A DNA stretch of 62,832 nt, counting the filler, from Hausera hauseri (lineage: Eukaryota), in assembly GCA_046269625.1 (NCBI GenBank). It is 10 parts of 10 records of this genome, joined end to end, with 100 filler letters (N's around TTAATTAATTAA, not from the genome) between each part and the next. Parts side by side here need not be neighbours in the genome. Positions count along the whole stretch, not along the records: positions 47,695 to 52,058 come from JBJURY010616442.1; positions 52,159 to 58,065 come from JBJURY010170751.1; positions 58,166 to 62,832 come from JBJURY010483576.1; 7 more parts are not named here. One strand, 5' to 3'. The position numbers and the translations under genes were made by a program. Under the pieces are notes generated by a model. That model had not been told where the DNA came from. It was given only the letters and a program-made list of their open reading frames with translations, and made no database searches. Positions 47,710 through 61,154 of the stretch are shown here, in pieces. Position 1 is the first letter of the stretch. Every line of letters begins with the position of its first letter.

Positions 47710-48594
47710 GTGATACCACAGGCAAACACTAATCCAGTTATGCAAATGCTGGGGTCAGCACCAGCTCTGAACTCTGGATCCAGTCTTTCAGCTGACATAA
47801 ATGTTCAGCAAACTAATATATCCCAGATTTTTGGGCCATTGACAGCCATTGATCAGTCTGTGATACAGAATCTTTTGGCCACAGGATTTAGTCCATTAGC
47901 AATACAGCAAATGGTTAATTCAGCCAGCTTAAATGGGGTTCAACAGCAGCTTCAGATGTTGCAGCTCCATCAGTTGATGCTTCAGAGTCAGGGTCAAGGA
48001 ATATCTCTGCCATTGAACCACAGCTCAAATCCAAGCCAAACTACGAGTGTGGGAGCTCCAACAATTGTCAGCACGGTTATGCCCCAACCAAGTCTGCAGC
48101 TGAACTCTGTGATGGACATGAATGCATTACACCCCTGTCTTTCCCCAGCGTCACAAGGGTATCAGAATCAGCTCTCACATGCAGCAGCACCACCATTGCA
48201 GAGCATCCCTTCAGGACTGGCAGTCCCACAAGTGACACCTGTAAATTCTTGTGGAGCAGTGAGTGTCATCCAGGGTGGAGGTGTGCAGAACTTGATGCAG
48301 ATTCCAGCTAAATGCTTGCAGACAGGGCATCCTCTCCAGACACAACAACTGTCCTCTGATCAGGTAATTTATACTAACAAACATCCTGCAGTATGTCCCC
48401 CAGGTACACCAGTGCAGGAGTCTCAGAAGACTACCACAGCACAGGAAAAAAAATCCAGCCCTGTTGTGAAGCCATCACAGCGGGGTAAATCCAAATCAAA
48501 GAAGCCTGATAATAATAAAATAACGGATCATGAGATGAATAAAAATCAAGAGTATTGTTGTCATAGTTTTGATAAATTTCACTTATTAGGTTAA
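47710..48594 (+). CDS. Q/P/S-rich low-complexity protein (partial), function unknown
   Basis: 294 open codons from the contig start; no recognisable domain. Confidence 0.4.
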   Translation: MIPQANTNPVMQMLGSAPALNSGSSLSADINVQQTNISQIFGPLTAIDQSVIQNLLATGFSPLAIQQMVNSASLNGVQQQLQMLQLHQLMLQSQGQGISLPLNHSSNPSQTTSVGAPTIVSTVMPQPSLQLNSVMDMNALHPCLSPASQGYQNQLSHAAAPPLQSIPSGLAVPQVTPVNSCGAVSVIQGGGVQNLMQIPAKCLQTGHPLQTQQLSSDQVIYTNKHPAVCPPGTPVQESQKTTTAQEKKSSPVVKPSQRGKSKSKKPDNNKITDHEMNKNQEYCCHSFDKFHLLG

Positions 48595-48844
48595 ATGAAA
48601 ACAAAACTGAAAGTATTCAGTATTCATTTATTTATCAGTTACAGCACTCATATTTCTTCCTTCTATACAAATATTAGCTTTACACATGAATTATGACATT
48701 GAGTCAAATATTTTACAAATATTTATTAAATCGACAATACATCAAAAAACACAATTAGTCAAATATTAATAGTTGAAAAATGGTAAAAAGTTTGTTAATT
48801 CACAAAATTCTTCCGTATGTTAGTGGGGAAACGATTCGTTTACT

Positions 48845-51800
48845 TTAATGAAATACAAAGAAATCAAACCTGTCCAAAGATTTAAAATCCAAGTCTCCAA
48901 ATTCACTCCAATTCGGTAATCGTCGCAAATCAATTGGTAATGAAGTCGGTGAAGTACTGACGTATTGACGCATTATTGAACCAATTTTCGACACCAATGA
49001 TTGAATCTCCGGATCTACATTTGCCACTTCTAATCGACATTCAACATCATCTTTTGTTGCATCTTCCATCAGAATCTGACTCAAAAGTAATTTGTCAACT
49101 TTGGACTTCTGATCAATGTTCTCCAATGATTTTGATAGAGCTGTCGTCAAACTTCCTCGTAACCAATCGGTGGGACCAAGTAAATCCCGCATGAAGCATC
49201 CAGTGGCAATCAAACCGTAATTTTGTTTATCAGTAATGTCATTATTGCATTCGGTAATGAAACGCATTACATCGTTTCTAATTTCAAATATCCTTTGGGT
49301 CTGACAATAGAGCTGTTTCAGTACGCTTTCAAAATCCTTTCCGTCCTGTATCATTGAACCTGCTTGAAACAAAGTATTGATACTTCCGATATTCATTTGT
49401 GGTACAGATTTTTTGGCTTCCAACATCAATTTATGGTAATTTATCAACTGGGCTGCACGATCAATATCAATGTTGAGACCTCTCGTCAAAACCGACAAAA
49501 CATCGTTATCCGTGAACGTCAGACTGTTATTGTGAGATGTAAAGGCTATTTCTATGCCTCTGTTTCGCATGGCCTTGGATATTTCCCCTCCGCAATCCGG
49601 ATCAAGAACCAAGAACAATCGAAAATTCGGATGTGGTTTAATTTCTTCGAGTTTATTGTCATCGAGGAGACCTCTTTCCACTAAAAGCAAACTGCCGTTT
49701 GTTTCCAACAGACTGTTCAATCGATCAAGAACCGAACCGGCACAAAAATTCACGGTATCCAACACAAGCCACTCTCCGTTTTTAACCGCATCAATTAAAA
49801 TGCTATTGACCCATTTAAATGTCCCACCATGTTGTTGCTGTTCGAAAGAACCTAACAAGTCCGTCGCATCCATTGATGAATTCATTGACATGACCCTCAA
49901 CTTATTCCCTGTCAGACTTGCAAGCAAATTGATGATACTAGTCTTACCAGTACCCGATGGTCCAACCAAAATCGACACCCACTGCATGGAAATGTTGAAC
50001 ATTATGGATTCCATGTAACTCAATAAACCCGATAAAATGATATTCTTGTTCAGAAACTCGATTTGTTCAGGAGTTCTCTGGGAATTTACAGACAATTTTG
50101 CTCGGCCAAGTCTGAGATTATTCGAATTAAGATGCAACTTGAGATTGCCTTGAACTATATCACATCTACCATATTTCTTGGAGATTTCTTTGAACAAATT
50201 TTCAACTTCGTTTTTATCCGACTCAACTCGAAATCTATCAATAAATACTAACTTAACGAAGAAGGACGGTTCGTAATTTTTCGATTGAAATTTCACCATC
50301 AAGTCACACCATCTACACAAATCTCGTAAATTGAATTCCCATGGTGAACCCTTTGATCCGAATTTCCTTTGAACACAAACATTCAGTCGTAACGACTGAA
50401 CAAATTCAACCATAAATTCAATCGTATCTCGTGCGATCATAGGAAAGAGATGTGAAAGAATCTGCACATAATCGTCACCTTCTAAACAGCTCATGTAAAC
50501 TTGTGTGAACCTGTTGACAAATGATTTCGGTAAACCCTTTCTTCCACCACCTTCACTCAACGGATTCTGACACGCAAAGAGCCGCGTTGCTCCCGGTTTT
50601 ACGAGAAACGTCTGATTCAATTCCGGTATGAAAACTTCCCCTCTGTGATCTAAACAAGCATTCAGACTTTCCAATACCGACTGGGAAGCCAAATTCATCT
50701 CATCGAGTAAAATCCAATCGCCGTTTTTCAAAGCTTGCAACAGCGGTCCGTCCTTCCACGATAATTGCCCAGCCGAACCGTTGTCGACCGGCAAAAGGCA
50801 ACCGAATAAATCATTGGCATCGGTTTGTTCGGATAGATTTATTCGTACCAATCGGTAACCGACGATCTTTGCTAAATGTTGGACGAGACTTGTTTTCCCA
50901 ACGCCAGGACTACCTTCGAGCAGCAGGGGCTTCTTACTGATTTGTAAAGCTCTCAAAAGTTTAATCAAATTTGACTTGACCGTTTTACTACTAAAGCTAT
51001 ATTGGCCAGATTCGTGATGGTTGTTCTTGACCGGTCCAAACGGGATGTAAAACGGCTTAATACCGATCGAATCCGTTTTAACTTCGAACTCGTCCGTCGA
51101 CATCTCGTCGGATATTTCCATCAAATCCGGTAAAAATTGCTTAATAAGGTTCCGGAGATGACCAAGAAATTCATTTGTAATTTGGGCTTTATTCAACTTC
51201 TCACTGATGGCATCCAAGATGACCATTTCCGCACCCTGTACAATACCATCTATCAAACTAAGTCCGTTAATTTGACTACATTTGATAAACTCAACCCAAG
51301 TAAGTAAGTCTCGTATGGTAACTACAGAGAATTGTGTTCGTGTCGAAGATTCCACTACTTTTTTCAAAAACCAAACCAAAACCTTTCCAACATTCTGTCC
51401 AACAGACATTTCAAAGTTCGACAAATTCCGGGATGCGATATTCACCCAATCGGAAAACCCTTCGTCGGTAGTATGCCATGAATTCGACGGACACCAAATT
51501 TCTGTAAAACGATTTCTCAATGCTGGTGACAGTTCTTTTTTACCGAAATCCCCACCGGGATTCATTGTGGCAAAAACCTGGAAACCATTAGCAGCTTGAA
51601 TTTGAACAGATTTTGCGTTGTCGATGGAATCTATGTACGTATCGCCGTTTTCAACCAGTGTCAGTTTTCGATCAGTTTCCAAAACGCTGTTCAAACGTTC
51701 AAGAACCGAATCATCGGCCAGGGAAATTTCATCGATCAAAAACATTTTCCCCTGTTTCATTGCAATCACCAGTGGACCATCAACCCATTCAAACAAATGG

Positions 51801-52058
51801 TTCTGTGTGGGATTTTGAGTTGGTCGAAGCCCACCCAAAAAGTCGCTCGCTTCAGTATGCATGTGGCAATTTATTGATAACAGACTTTGATTTTGAAGGG
51901 ACGCGACTAATTGACAAACAGTTGTTTTGCCACATCCAGTGTTACCGACTAACAATGCTGGTTCGTTACATTCAATTGATCGAATAAGTAACACGGCCAT
52001 TCGACGGAAATCATGATTCAATTCGAGATTAGAATCATGGACATCGATACAAGTCTTT
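48845..52058 (-). CDS. MDN1: Midasin/Rea1 AAA ATPase, large exon covering AAA4-AAA6 and the start of the linker (partial)
   Basis: Three Walker A motifs GNTGCGKT, GSPGVGKT, GPSGTGKT; DEISLADDSVLERLNSVLE, TMNPGGDFGKKELSPALRNRFTEIW, GGGRKGLPKSFVNRFT, GSPWEFNLRD; likely GT donor just before the apparent stop. Confidence 0.97.
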
Positions 52059-52158
52059 NNNNNNNNNNNNNNNNNNNNNNNNNNNNNNNNNNNNNNNNNN
52101 NNTTAATTAATTAANNNNNNNNNNNNNNNNNNNNNNNNNNNNNNNNNNNNNNNNNNNN

Positions 52159-55100
52159 TTACGGAGGAGCGCGTAGTAAACTCGCATTCTTTTTCATCCA
52201 TCCATTCAGACGACACTTTTACATTTATTGTTACCTCGGGTTTAGCCCTTAAGATTTTAGAATATTTTTATTAAAAGTTTTGGCACAGTACTATAAATCG
52301 TATTTTCATTATATAGTTTAGAGTAGGAACAAGTTGTCTAAACCTATTTTCAGTAATATTTAGGTTAATTAGTTCAATTAAATCTCTTTCCGTTAACCCT
52401 GAATTCCCGATTCTGTAGGTACATTTCCGTTTTATACAGGTGTACTGGAATTTTCGGATTTTCGGCAACTATTGCATTTAAATATGCATCCAATTCTAGA
52501 TCGTTCTCACTTTTTGGCGGTCGGTAGTCAATTATTGGCGTAACTGGATGTCAGATTGCGTTTGCATTCCGTACTGTTTCTCTTACTTCACGTAGCTTTT
52601 GTTGCATTTTGATCATTTGTGTTGTCTGGAAACAACGTCCAATGCCGGAAACATGATGCAACAATGTTAACAACTGAGAGTTCGTCTGCCTGTATAAATC
52701 CTTATTTTGGTAATAGGTTAATTCGGAGGTTACATCGCGTTGCCATCTTTGTACGAATCCTGATTTATTGGCTATTTCTGATTTTGTAGGAGCGTATTTA
52801 TTTCTATAGACTTCCAATTCTTCAGTTAACTCATTTATTTTTGTTTTCCTTTGGTCGGTACGAATTTGAGTTTCCTGAGTGTGACGTATTGGACTTTGTA
52901 GTTGTCTCATTTTCTGCTCAGTGATTTTTGCCATTTCAACTAACAACAGCGTTAATTGGCTTATTTCGTTTAAAATTTCGGAGTCGGGATCGATTTCTTC
53001 GATTAATTTCTTTATGAAGCTAGTTTTCTCCTCAGTGAATTGTTTTCTCTCGATGATCTTCCATTGTCTCTATTAATTCAGTATGCCGTTTTTGATCTGT
53101 CCCAGATATCCAATTAGTTGAATCCTGCAGGAATTTCAACACATCTGTAATAGAGTTTTCGTAGTCTGAACAGATCTCTAAAATCTTCAGTTCTTGTGTT
53201 GTGATCTCGTTTATGGGTTTCTCCGTCAAATACCGGATTCCATCTAAACGAATATTTTTAATTCTCGAGTAGAGATCACATGTCATATATTGTTTCGACT
53301 TGAAATCCGCTTCTTCAATCATTTTGTATATCTCGTTTAATATTGCCATTTCTTCGTTTTTATTCATAAATTTTAATTGTCTTAATTCGTTTAGATGCAT
53401 TCGAATATCTGCTTCTGCTCTCATAGTATTAAGATTCTGCAAAATTTCGTTCATCTCTTTCTTTAACTCAAGTTGGACGTGCGGTATTCTTCGATACGAT
53501 TTCGCATTCTGGTGTTAAACTCCATAATAAGTCGGACCATTTTTTCAACTGATTGGCTATAACTGGTTTAACCATTTTTGCTCTCCAGCATTTTATAGCA
53601 GTCTTTCATCTCGTCGTCTGGGCCTGGTATAAATCATATGATATACTTTGCGTAATTAAATTCGTTTTTATACTTCTTAAGTTCTAAAATATAGGTTTTG
53701 ATTATATTTACCGTCTTGTTATTTAGATTCAATATTAAATTTCTCAATTTATAAATTTCTGACAATTTATCGTTTTCTCATTTAACTCGACCTTCGATAT
53801 CTTCGTTTTGTCTTGGCTCAGTAATTACAACTTTAATCATTTCTATCAGAAGGAGAATATCTGCATGATCGATGCCCATTATTTCTAAATCAATTTCATT
53901 ACGTAAATTGAATGGTTTTTCCTTCATATAGCTGACTATATAATGTCTAATTCTAGTCATCAGTCCCTGCAAGTTGCTTTAGTTTTGGGTGGGCTTCTAG
54001 AGCAGTCAGTAATTCCTGGGCTTTGATTATTTTCTCTTCGGTTGTGCTTTCCGTTTTGGCCCAGAACTCTGGGGCTCTAATTGCACTCTTTACCCATAGG
54101 TTTAATTTATATTTCCCTTTTTCTATTAATTCCCGGGGTAATTCTTCAGATTCATCTGAACCGATTATCTCGTCCATTTTTCCATCATTGTATGACATTA
54201 GCTTTTTAAAAATCCGCTCGGCGAATTGTTATTCATTACCAGAAGTATCTATTTATTCGGCTATGCGGTGAAGTTTTTCTGAGTTTTGCCGCATCGTTTC
54301 TGGGTTTATGGGGGCATATCTGATTTCTTTTAATTTGTCAGAATTTTTCAATCTCCATTTCTTTTTATCAAACTTCGATTCGATCGGGTTCATCCTCGCT
54401 TATAGGTAATGGACATGTCTCGTTTATCTCGCTAACGAATTCGATTGATCATTCTGCCATCATTGAAATATTAAGACTGAGTTCTACGTCGGTTTTTGCA
54501 GCGATTTCAGTCTTTTGTTTTCTCTAATTTTTCTTTAGTCATTGGGGATCGTAAACGATTTTTACATTTCCGTTTTATCGACAAGCTGCGACCTATTTTT
54601 CGTGATTTTAAGTATTAACGGATGCATAAATTCATTTTCATCATCAACTTCTAACCGTGTTCACTGTCTCGACTGTATATTCAGATTCTGTATCTAAGTC
54701 TACTTCAATTGACGTGTTCGGTTCATCCGGTTTATCCTGGTTCTTTTATTACTGGAACATTCTTTTTTCGTGCCATGTCTGTTCGTTTTGGTGCTATAGC
54801 ATGTTCGTAATCTGTTTGTGACTCGGTTAGCCCATGGTACACTTCCATCAATCGTAGTTTATTTTCATATTCTTTTCTAGCTTTTAAAACTTGTGGGTTA
54901 TTAATCTCGCCTTATATAATAACTCTAAATCCTGTATTTCAATAACCATGCTTGTATCACCTCGAGTGCCATAAATCGCTTCCAAGTTCTCGTTAGTCTT
55001 AATCATACTAGCTTTGCTAGGCTCGGTGAATGAAACGCTACGTGGATTTGGACGTGACATTGCGATTGTAACCTTACCGCAGGTATAGCAAATTAAATTA

Positions 55101-56530
55101 CCGCTTCTGCTGACTCTGTCGGCCGTCGTCATTTAAAGGTGACTTTGACCTGCTCATATTTCTGTTATACTGATTCGACGGACCTTGTCTACTATCTCCA
55201 TTGTGTCTACAATCATTGTTTCGGTTATCGTTATACCGGTTTCCGTTAAAGCTTGTATAACTCTTGATTCCTATCTGGGCTAAAATTTGACTTATTAGCT
55301 GAATTATTCGCAGTTAGGTCATTGCTGAGATTTCTGTTATTATAGCGGTTACTTCTATAATCATTACTGGCGTTCTGGTTTCTGCTTACATGGTTTCTAT
55401 TATTGTTGAATCGTCTATTATCCATACCACGGTTATCGTTCCAGTTTCTATCATTACGATCATTATACCTGTCGATCCTATCATTTTGTTTAGCATATTT
55501 ATGTAGTCCAATTTCTAGGTCTTGAGCTAACTGCAAGGTTTTCTCAAAGTTCTCTGGTCGGGCTAATATTAACTGTTTCACTAAATCCCTAGACTAGATA
55601 CCGTTTATTAATTGCGTCATCATGACGTCTAAATCAGGAGGACTTGCCTTTTCTGCGGCATCGCAATCTGCGTCGGTTTTAGCCTTAGCTACATTAGTTA
55701 TTCTTAATGTACTTACGTAACTATTTGCAAGTTTCATCAATGCAAATGCAAACTGGGTTACCGATTCACCCTTTTGTTGCGTTCTATTTTGAAATGCGAT
55801 ACATTTCTGCTGTGGTATTACTGTCGGTAATAGTTTACGATTTAAAGCTCCTACCAAGGAGGCCCAAGATTTCTTCTCAACATTGGTGAGTTCACTATAG
55901 GCATCAGCAGCTAAATTTTTCGAATATAATGAGACGTTTAATCATTACCTCAGGGGTAAGACTGGCACCTTCTGCATGCAATTTATAGGTTCTCAAAAAT
56001 TCATTCAATCAGTCCGGGTCGCCATCATACGCCGGCAGATTCACAGAATAAAATGTAAAGATATCTAGTTTCTGCGCTACTGCTTGATTATCTGCTGTCA
56101 TATTATTGTTTACGTTATTTGATGTGTTGACGTTACGAGATTTATTTCTCGGAATTTGGAACTCTTTATCAGTGTTTAAAACTATACTATTTAGATTAGT
56201 TACGGATAAAGAACATTTATCGATTACCTTATTCATACTATATAATTTGTTTCTTGTTTCTCATTGGTCGAAATTTTCCTTGCCGTTTAAAATTGGTTTT
56301 AAACTTTCGTTTAAGTATTCGTTCTCTTTAAATTGATTTACTTGTGGGGTTTTTCTTATATCCCAAAATTTAAAGTTCTCAAGACTATATTTCAATTATT
56401 CGATGTGAATGGCACTGATCAGCGGTGTATAATTATTTAACTCTCTAAGTCGAGTTTAACGAGGCACAAACTGTCCTGCTAGGGTCGCCAAATGTTATAG
56501 TTACTGTGGGCTATATATGTGGGCACCACA
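52159..56530 (-). mobile_element. Family B copy 3: LTR end - PBS - gag - zinc knuckle - unknown helical region up to the start of the UBL
   Basis: gag LPAYDGDP..QQKGESVTQFAFALMKLA..QLINGI..PENFEKTLQLAQ (55246-56100); degenerate CCHC LICYTCGK..IA (~55060-55100); then colinear homology with 43082-45900. Confidence 0.85.
56473..56490 (-). promoter_or_regulatory. tRNA-Arg-type primer binding site TGGCGACCCTAGCAGGAC
   Basis: Follows ...TATAACA + TT; resembles the 412/mdg1-type PBS TGGCGACCGTGACAGGAC; about 0.4 kb upstream of gag. Confidence 0.75.
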
Positions 56531-58346
56531 TCACCCTGGTAAAGTCAGTTTTGCCAGGCGGACCCAACGGGAGTCGTTTGGTATCCAGAATTTTGTGCTG
56601 TCAACCGGCGAAACCAAATCAAGCTTCAGTAGCCAGCACTCGAGACCTCTTGGTGTGATCTGACTTGTTCAATGGTGTATTAGAAACATTCGAGGTTCTA
56701 ATAGCTGTTGCGGATGTATTCTTTTTTGACTTACCACTAAATACTGCTCATAGACCACCAGTACGTTTATTTGGTTTGTTCACCACGGATTTTTTACCCA
56801 CTGTAATCTGTCGTTGATATTTGGCTTGTTCCGCCATACTTGTATATTTGGGAACTGTGTTTTCAAACTTGGATGATGTGTGTTTGTGGAAAAAACAGGT
56901 GTAAGCGTCAACTTATCGCCGAGTTCTGCTGGTAGATCTGGCATGGATGATTGTTCGTCTGCAGTTTTCATTACAGAAATAATTTGATTGGTGAAATGTT
57001 GAATACCATCGTGTCACGAGAATCGATAGAACTACTTATGGACGACATATTTTTTTTCAAATGAGGAGAAATTGATTGCCTGTTCACTGTTGTCAGTGCG
57101 GAATTCGACGAACTCGTCAGAATTAATACACTCCGTAAACTCATTAACTTCCGGAGATGGCTAAACTGTTTCGATGTCTTCGTAAGGACATACACTGAAA
57201 AATGTGCGAGTTTCGCCCACGTCCAGAGTAGGTACTTGAAAGCGGATTTGATTGCCTTCTACATCAAGTCAAATATCCTGTCCTGAGATGACAAACTGAT
57301 GTCAGATTATGTCTTTTGCCGCATCCGTCACGATTAAAAGTGTGCCATATCAGTGCGGTGTGGAGGATGGCGCGTGATTGTTTCTGACACCAATGTGGTT
57401 TTCAATGAATGACTGAAATTGTTGTGCCATTTGAAATAGCCGATCCGTTCGGTTTGATTTTAGTTGAAATTATTTCCAAAGGTCAGCAAAATATTTATCC
57501 ATAAATTGCAGTCGCTTGCTCCTGTCGAAAAATTTTGTTCTGTACGACACGTAACGTTCGATATTTGACACTGAGGTCTTATCGAAATTTCGGAAATCTT
57601 TCAAATATTTGTAATCACATAGACGAAGACATTCGATTAATTTTCGGCATCCTAATTTATTGCGCATATACTCAGAAAGTCCATTATTTGTTATAAATTC
57701 CATATCCACAAATATTGATGATGATAAGCTCTAATTTAGGAAATCTTTACAGAATCCGTAATTAAAGAACAACTAAATGATCAAACTAAGTGTTTATTCA
57801 CAATAAAAATGCCACGAAAACTTTTTATTAAAACAAAACTTTTCAAGAATAGACAAATATATACAAAATTATTATATGGGCCAAAATGAGCAACACAGTA
57901 GTATATAAAGTTGGAAGTTGACAATAAATGATGTCTATGTATAAATTACAATTTAAATTATTTACGTAGTTAAAAGCTGAAATTATAGCAGTAAAAGTCA
58001 TAAATTCGTTACAATTATCTCATTAAAATTACCAATTGCTGCAATTAATTTGGAATGCACAAAGGNNNNNNNNNNNNNNNNNNNNNNNNNNNNNNNNNNN
58101 NNNNNNNNNTTAATTAATTAANNNNNNNNNNNNNNNNNNNNNNNNNNNNNNNNNNNNNNNNNNNNATAAAAATCAATCGATAATCGATAAACGCAACATA
58201 AAATATATAATCTATCATCATGAACAACAAACACAACAGAGTAACATTCAATCATTTAAAGCTCCTATAATCAATCGAATCTCATTTTGAAAACACAAAA
58301 AGACACACACACACACACACCAAACAACAACAAAAAAATAACCTCA

Positions 58347-61154
58347 TCAAACATTGACCTTCATGCATCGGCACTCAATTGCCTCATCCCCACTGCCAGT
58401 AAATGCAGTCGTACAACGCATCAATGCCGCATCCACTTTTATCCGTGCCGCAGCCAATTTATCCTCGTGTGCCATCAGCCAAATTCGACTCTTCTCATCG
58501 TCAACACTGGGAATGATCGTTATCCCTTTCTGGTCAGCACCGATTGTCTGCCGTTCCTCCAACAACAATTCAACAGCACGTGACAAATCACCAGGTCGAT
58601 CCAATTGGAGGAAAGCAGTAGCAAATTGGACACAGCCGAATAGACATTTCAAATCGTCCAAATCAAGATCGGAAGGCACGCAAAGCAAGTCGACGCAAAT
58701 TGGCGTTGCGCACTTCACAGCAGGTTTTTTCGGTGGTTCTTTCTGTGGCGCCGGCAGACCCAATGGTTGTCCCCATTGCGTTGCGCCGTCCGGAATGGCA
58801 TCTTTACCGTAAAATGACCCTTCCATCGGTAAATTGGACAAATTTGGTGCGCCACTCTGTTTGTCATCGTCCTCCTCATCATACAATCCCATCTGCCGCA
58901 TTTGATCGGCCGATAATTCCTCCGGTGTGTCGTCAAAGAAATCCCCTTCTCCGTGTTCAGTAATGGCACATTCGACAGTCCCCACAGCCACTTTACTTCC
59001 ATTGGCCGATCCAATCACTGCAGTTTGTCCTTCCTGTCCATCTGCAACTGGCACAGATTGTGTCGGTGCATCTGAGACGACTCCATTCACCTTTTTGTTC
59101 TCCTCTTTATCGATCTTATTGGCACCGACTGCTGGCTTGCTCGTTGGTTTTTTATTGGCAGCTGCGGCAGTTTTTGATGGTGGATTTATCAGTTTTTTAC
59201 TATCCGGCGGTGCTGGTGCTGCTGTTTTCTGCGGCGGCTGTTTCACCTTGCCCGCTGATGTTACCGGACCACGTACCGACCTGCCGCAGTCAATAAAATA
59301 ACACGAAATAACTCACTGCGGCTCCTGTGGCTTAGTCCCAACTGCCGATGACGATTGCCGCATTCCTGTGGCTGTTGCCGGCCGTTTTGGTGGGTCGTTA
59401 TCTGCAGCGGTGCCATTCATTTTCTGTCCCGTCGTTGTCGTCCGAGCTGATGATTGCCTCTTACCGGCTATACAAACATCAGCAGTACTGTAGAAGATAA
59501 TAAAATAACAAACCCGGCGGTACCTTTTTTCCTCCAGCAGCATCAACTGGAGTTTCCATGTGTTTCAGACAATCATGTGCTCCATAAAGTGCAGCAACAA
59601 CTGCAGATAGTGTCTTCTTTGGCTGACTGCGTGCACCGATGTAAAGCAGTCGCCGTACGGGCAATTGGCTAATGAATGGCCTCCACAGAAACAACACCGA
59701 TGCGGTAGCAGAAATTGGGCGGCTAGTTCCATCATTTGGATACTGGACAATTGAATGCAGTAGAATTTCATCACCAACTTACTTTTCCCTTGCCCCAGTC
59801 ATCCCAATGCCGCCGTACGTCCGCATCATCTTCCAGTGGCCCCAGCGCGATCAATTCCAGTGTCCCGTAGCCAATTTTGTGGAATAATTGAACCGGTTTA
59901 ACTGCGGCATGCGTCAACTCATTTTCAATCAACATAACTCACGCTGATTGGCAGCCACAGTCTGACAGGCTTTCCACTTGACGCCGATATGAGAAAATTG
60001 GGATCCGGCATGTCGGTAAGTCGACAACAAATTGTTGAATTCCTCTCGTAAATCCACACAGAACGGTTCCTTTTTCTCATGCGGCAGCTGTTTGTCGATG
60101 AATGGCGTGCCGGCAGGCAACAGCACGTGATTGATTTTCGTTGCACTATCAGTCACATCGGAGAGACCAAGTAGATTGCTATAACCAACATGGCTTAGCA
60201 GTCCAACATCGACAGACGACAGGAATTTGAAATGTTTGCGATACTCTGGTTTCCTCGTACATCCGGCGTTGATAAGCATGGAGAAACCGTCGAGTGACAA
60301 CAGTGCCGGTACGACACAACTTCCTCTGTCAAAATACATGTAGACAGTAAGATTGGTGTTTTTGATGAGGGAAACGTTGCTTGGGGGGTCCCACGGATGA
60401 ATTGAGGATCTCAGTCGACTGCAAATCGTCTCGATGAATTTGTTGATGTCTGAATTTAATTTCAATGATAAATTGATGAATAAAAGAGCAAATTTCGAAT
60501 GAACTAACCAAATTCAACCATCAAATCTCCATCAACTGCGCAATCCGAAACTGGCACAGAAAATACTGTCAAAACACCATTTTTCTTCTCCACTGCAATC
60601 CAGTCATCAGAAACGCTGGGAGTTGCCAAATAAACTTTCTCTACCCCCTGAAAAATGATAAAAATGTCAAGCAAACCCGCAAAATTACTAATTTGCCCGA
60701 CAAAAGAGACGCCAAGTCACTACCATAAAACAACCCATCCGATAAAATCCACTGACCAAACGGACTCGTCACGGGACCCAAATAGACGACAAATAAATTC
60801 ACAAACGCCAGTGATGCTGTCAAAGCAGTTATCAGCATATCCTTTGTCGCATTGTCCAACAATTCGAATTCGCAATTTTCCAACTCAGTCGGTTTATCTA
60901 AATCAGTAAATCGTAATATAGCATCATTAAAATAAGCACCTGTCCATTTGTAATCATTTAGTCCATGAAATACTTCTTTAATTGGAGTCTTTTTATTTAT
61001 TTCGTCAAATGCTGCACAAGCAAACGGAGGAAATTGTATAACAGATTTTTTTCAAATGATAAATATTACCTTTGAGTAAATAATTTCGTGCAGCATTTAT
61101 CTGACTGTCATTGGATAATTCCGATGTAATCAGCAGCAATTTCGATGATTTCAT
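58347..61154 (-). CDS. MAP1/futsch-family microtubule-associated protein, compact multi-exon gene
   Basis: GQWILSDG; ALLSLDGFSMLINAG..VDVGLLSHVG..NLLGL; LFHKIGYGTLEL; LFLWRP; WGQPLGLP; light-chain-like C-terminus PICVDLLCVP..ITIIPSVD..W..CMKVNV; GT-AG introns of 36-41 nt; start codon (61154) inferred. Confidence 0.85.

Noticed and set aside
48976-51987. Plus-strand ORFs overlapping midasin (likewise antisense ORFs over gypsy pol and MAP1)
   Set aside because: Antisense shadows of real coding sequence with no recognisable motifs.
57470-57709. 79-aa ORF upstream of the PBS-like site
   Set aside because: No domain recognised, so a product cannot be supported.
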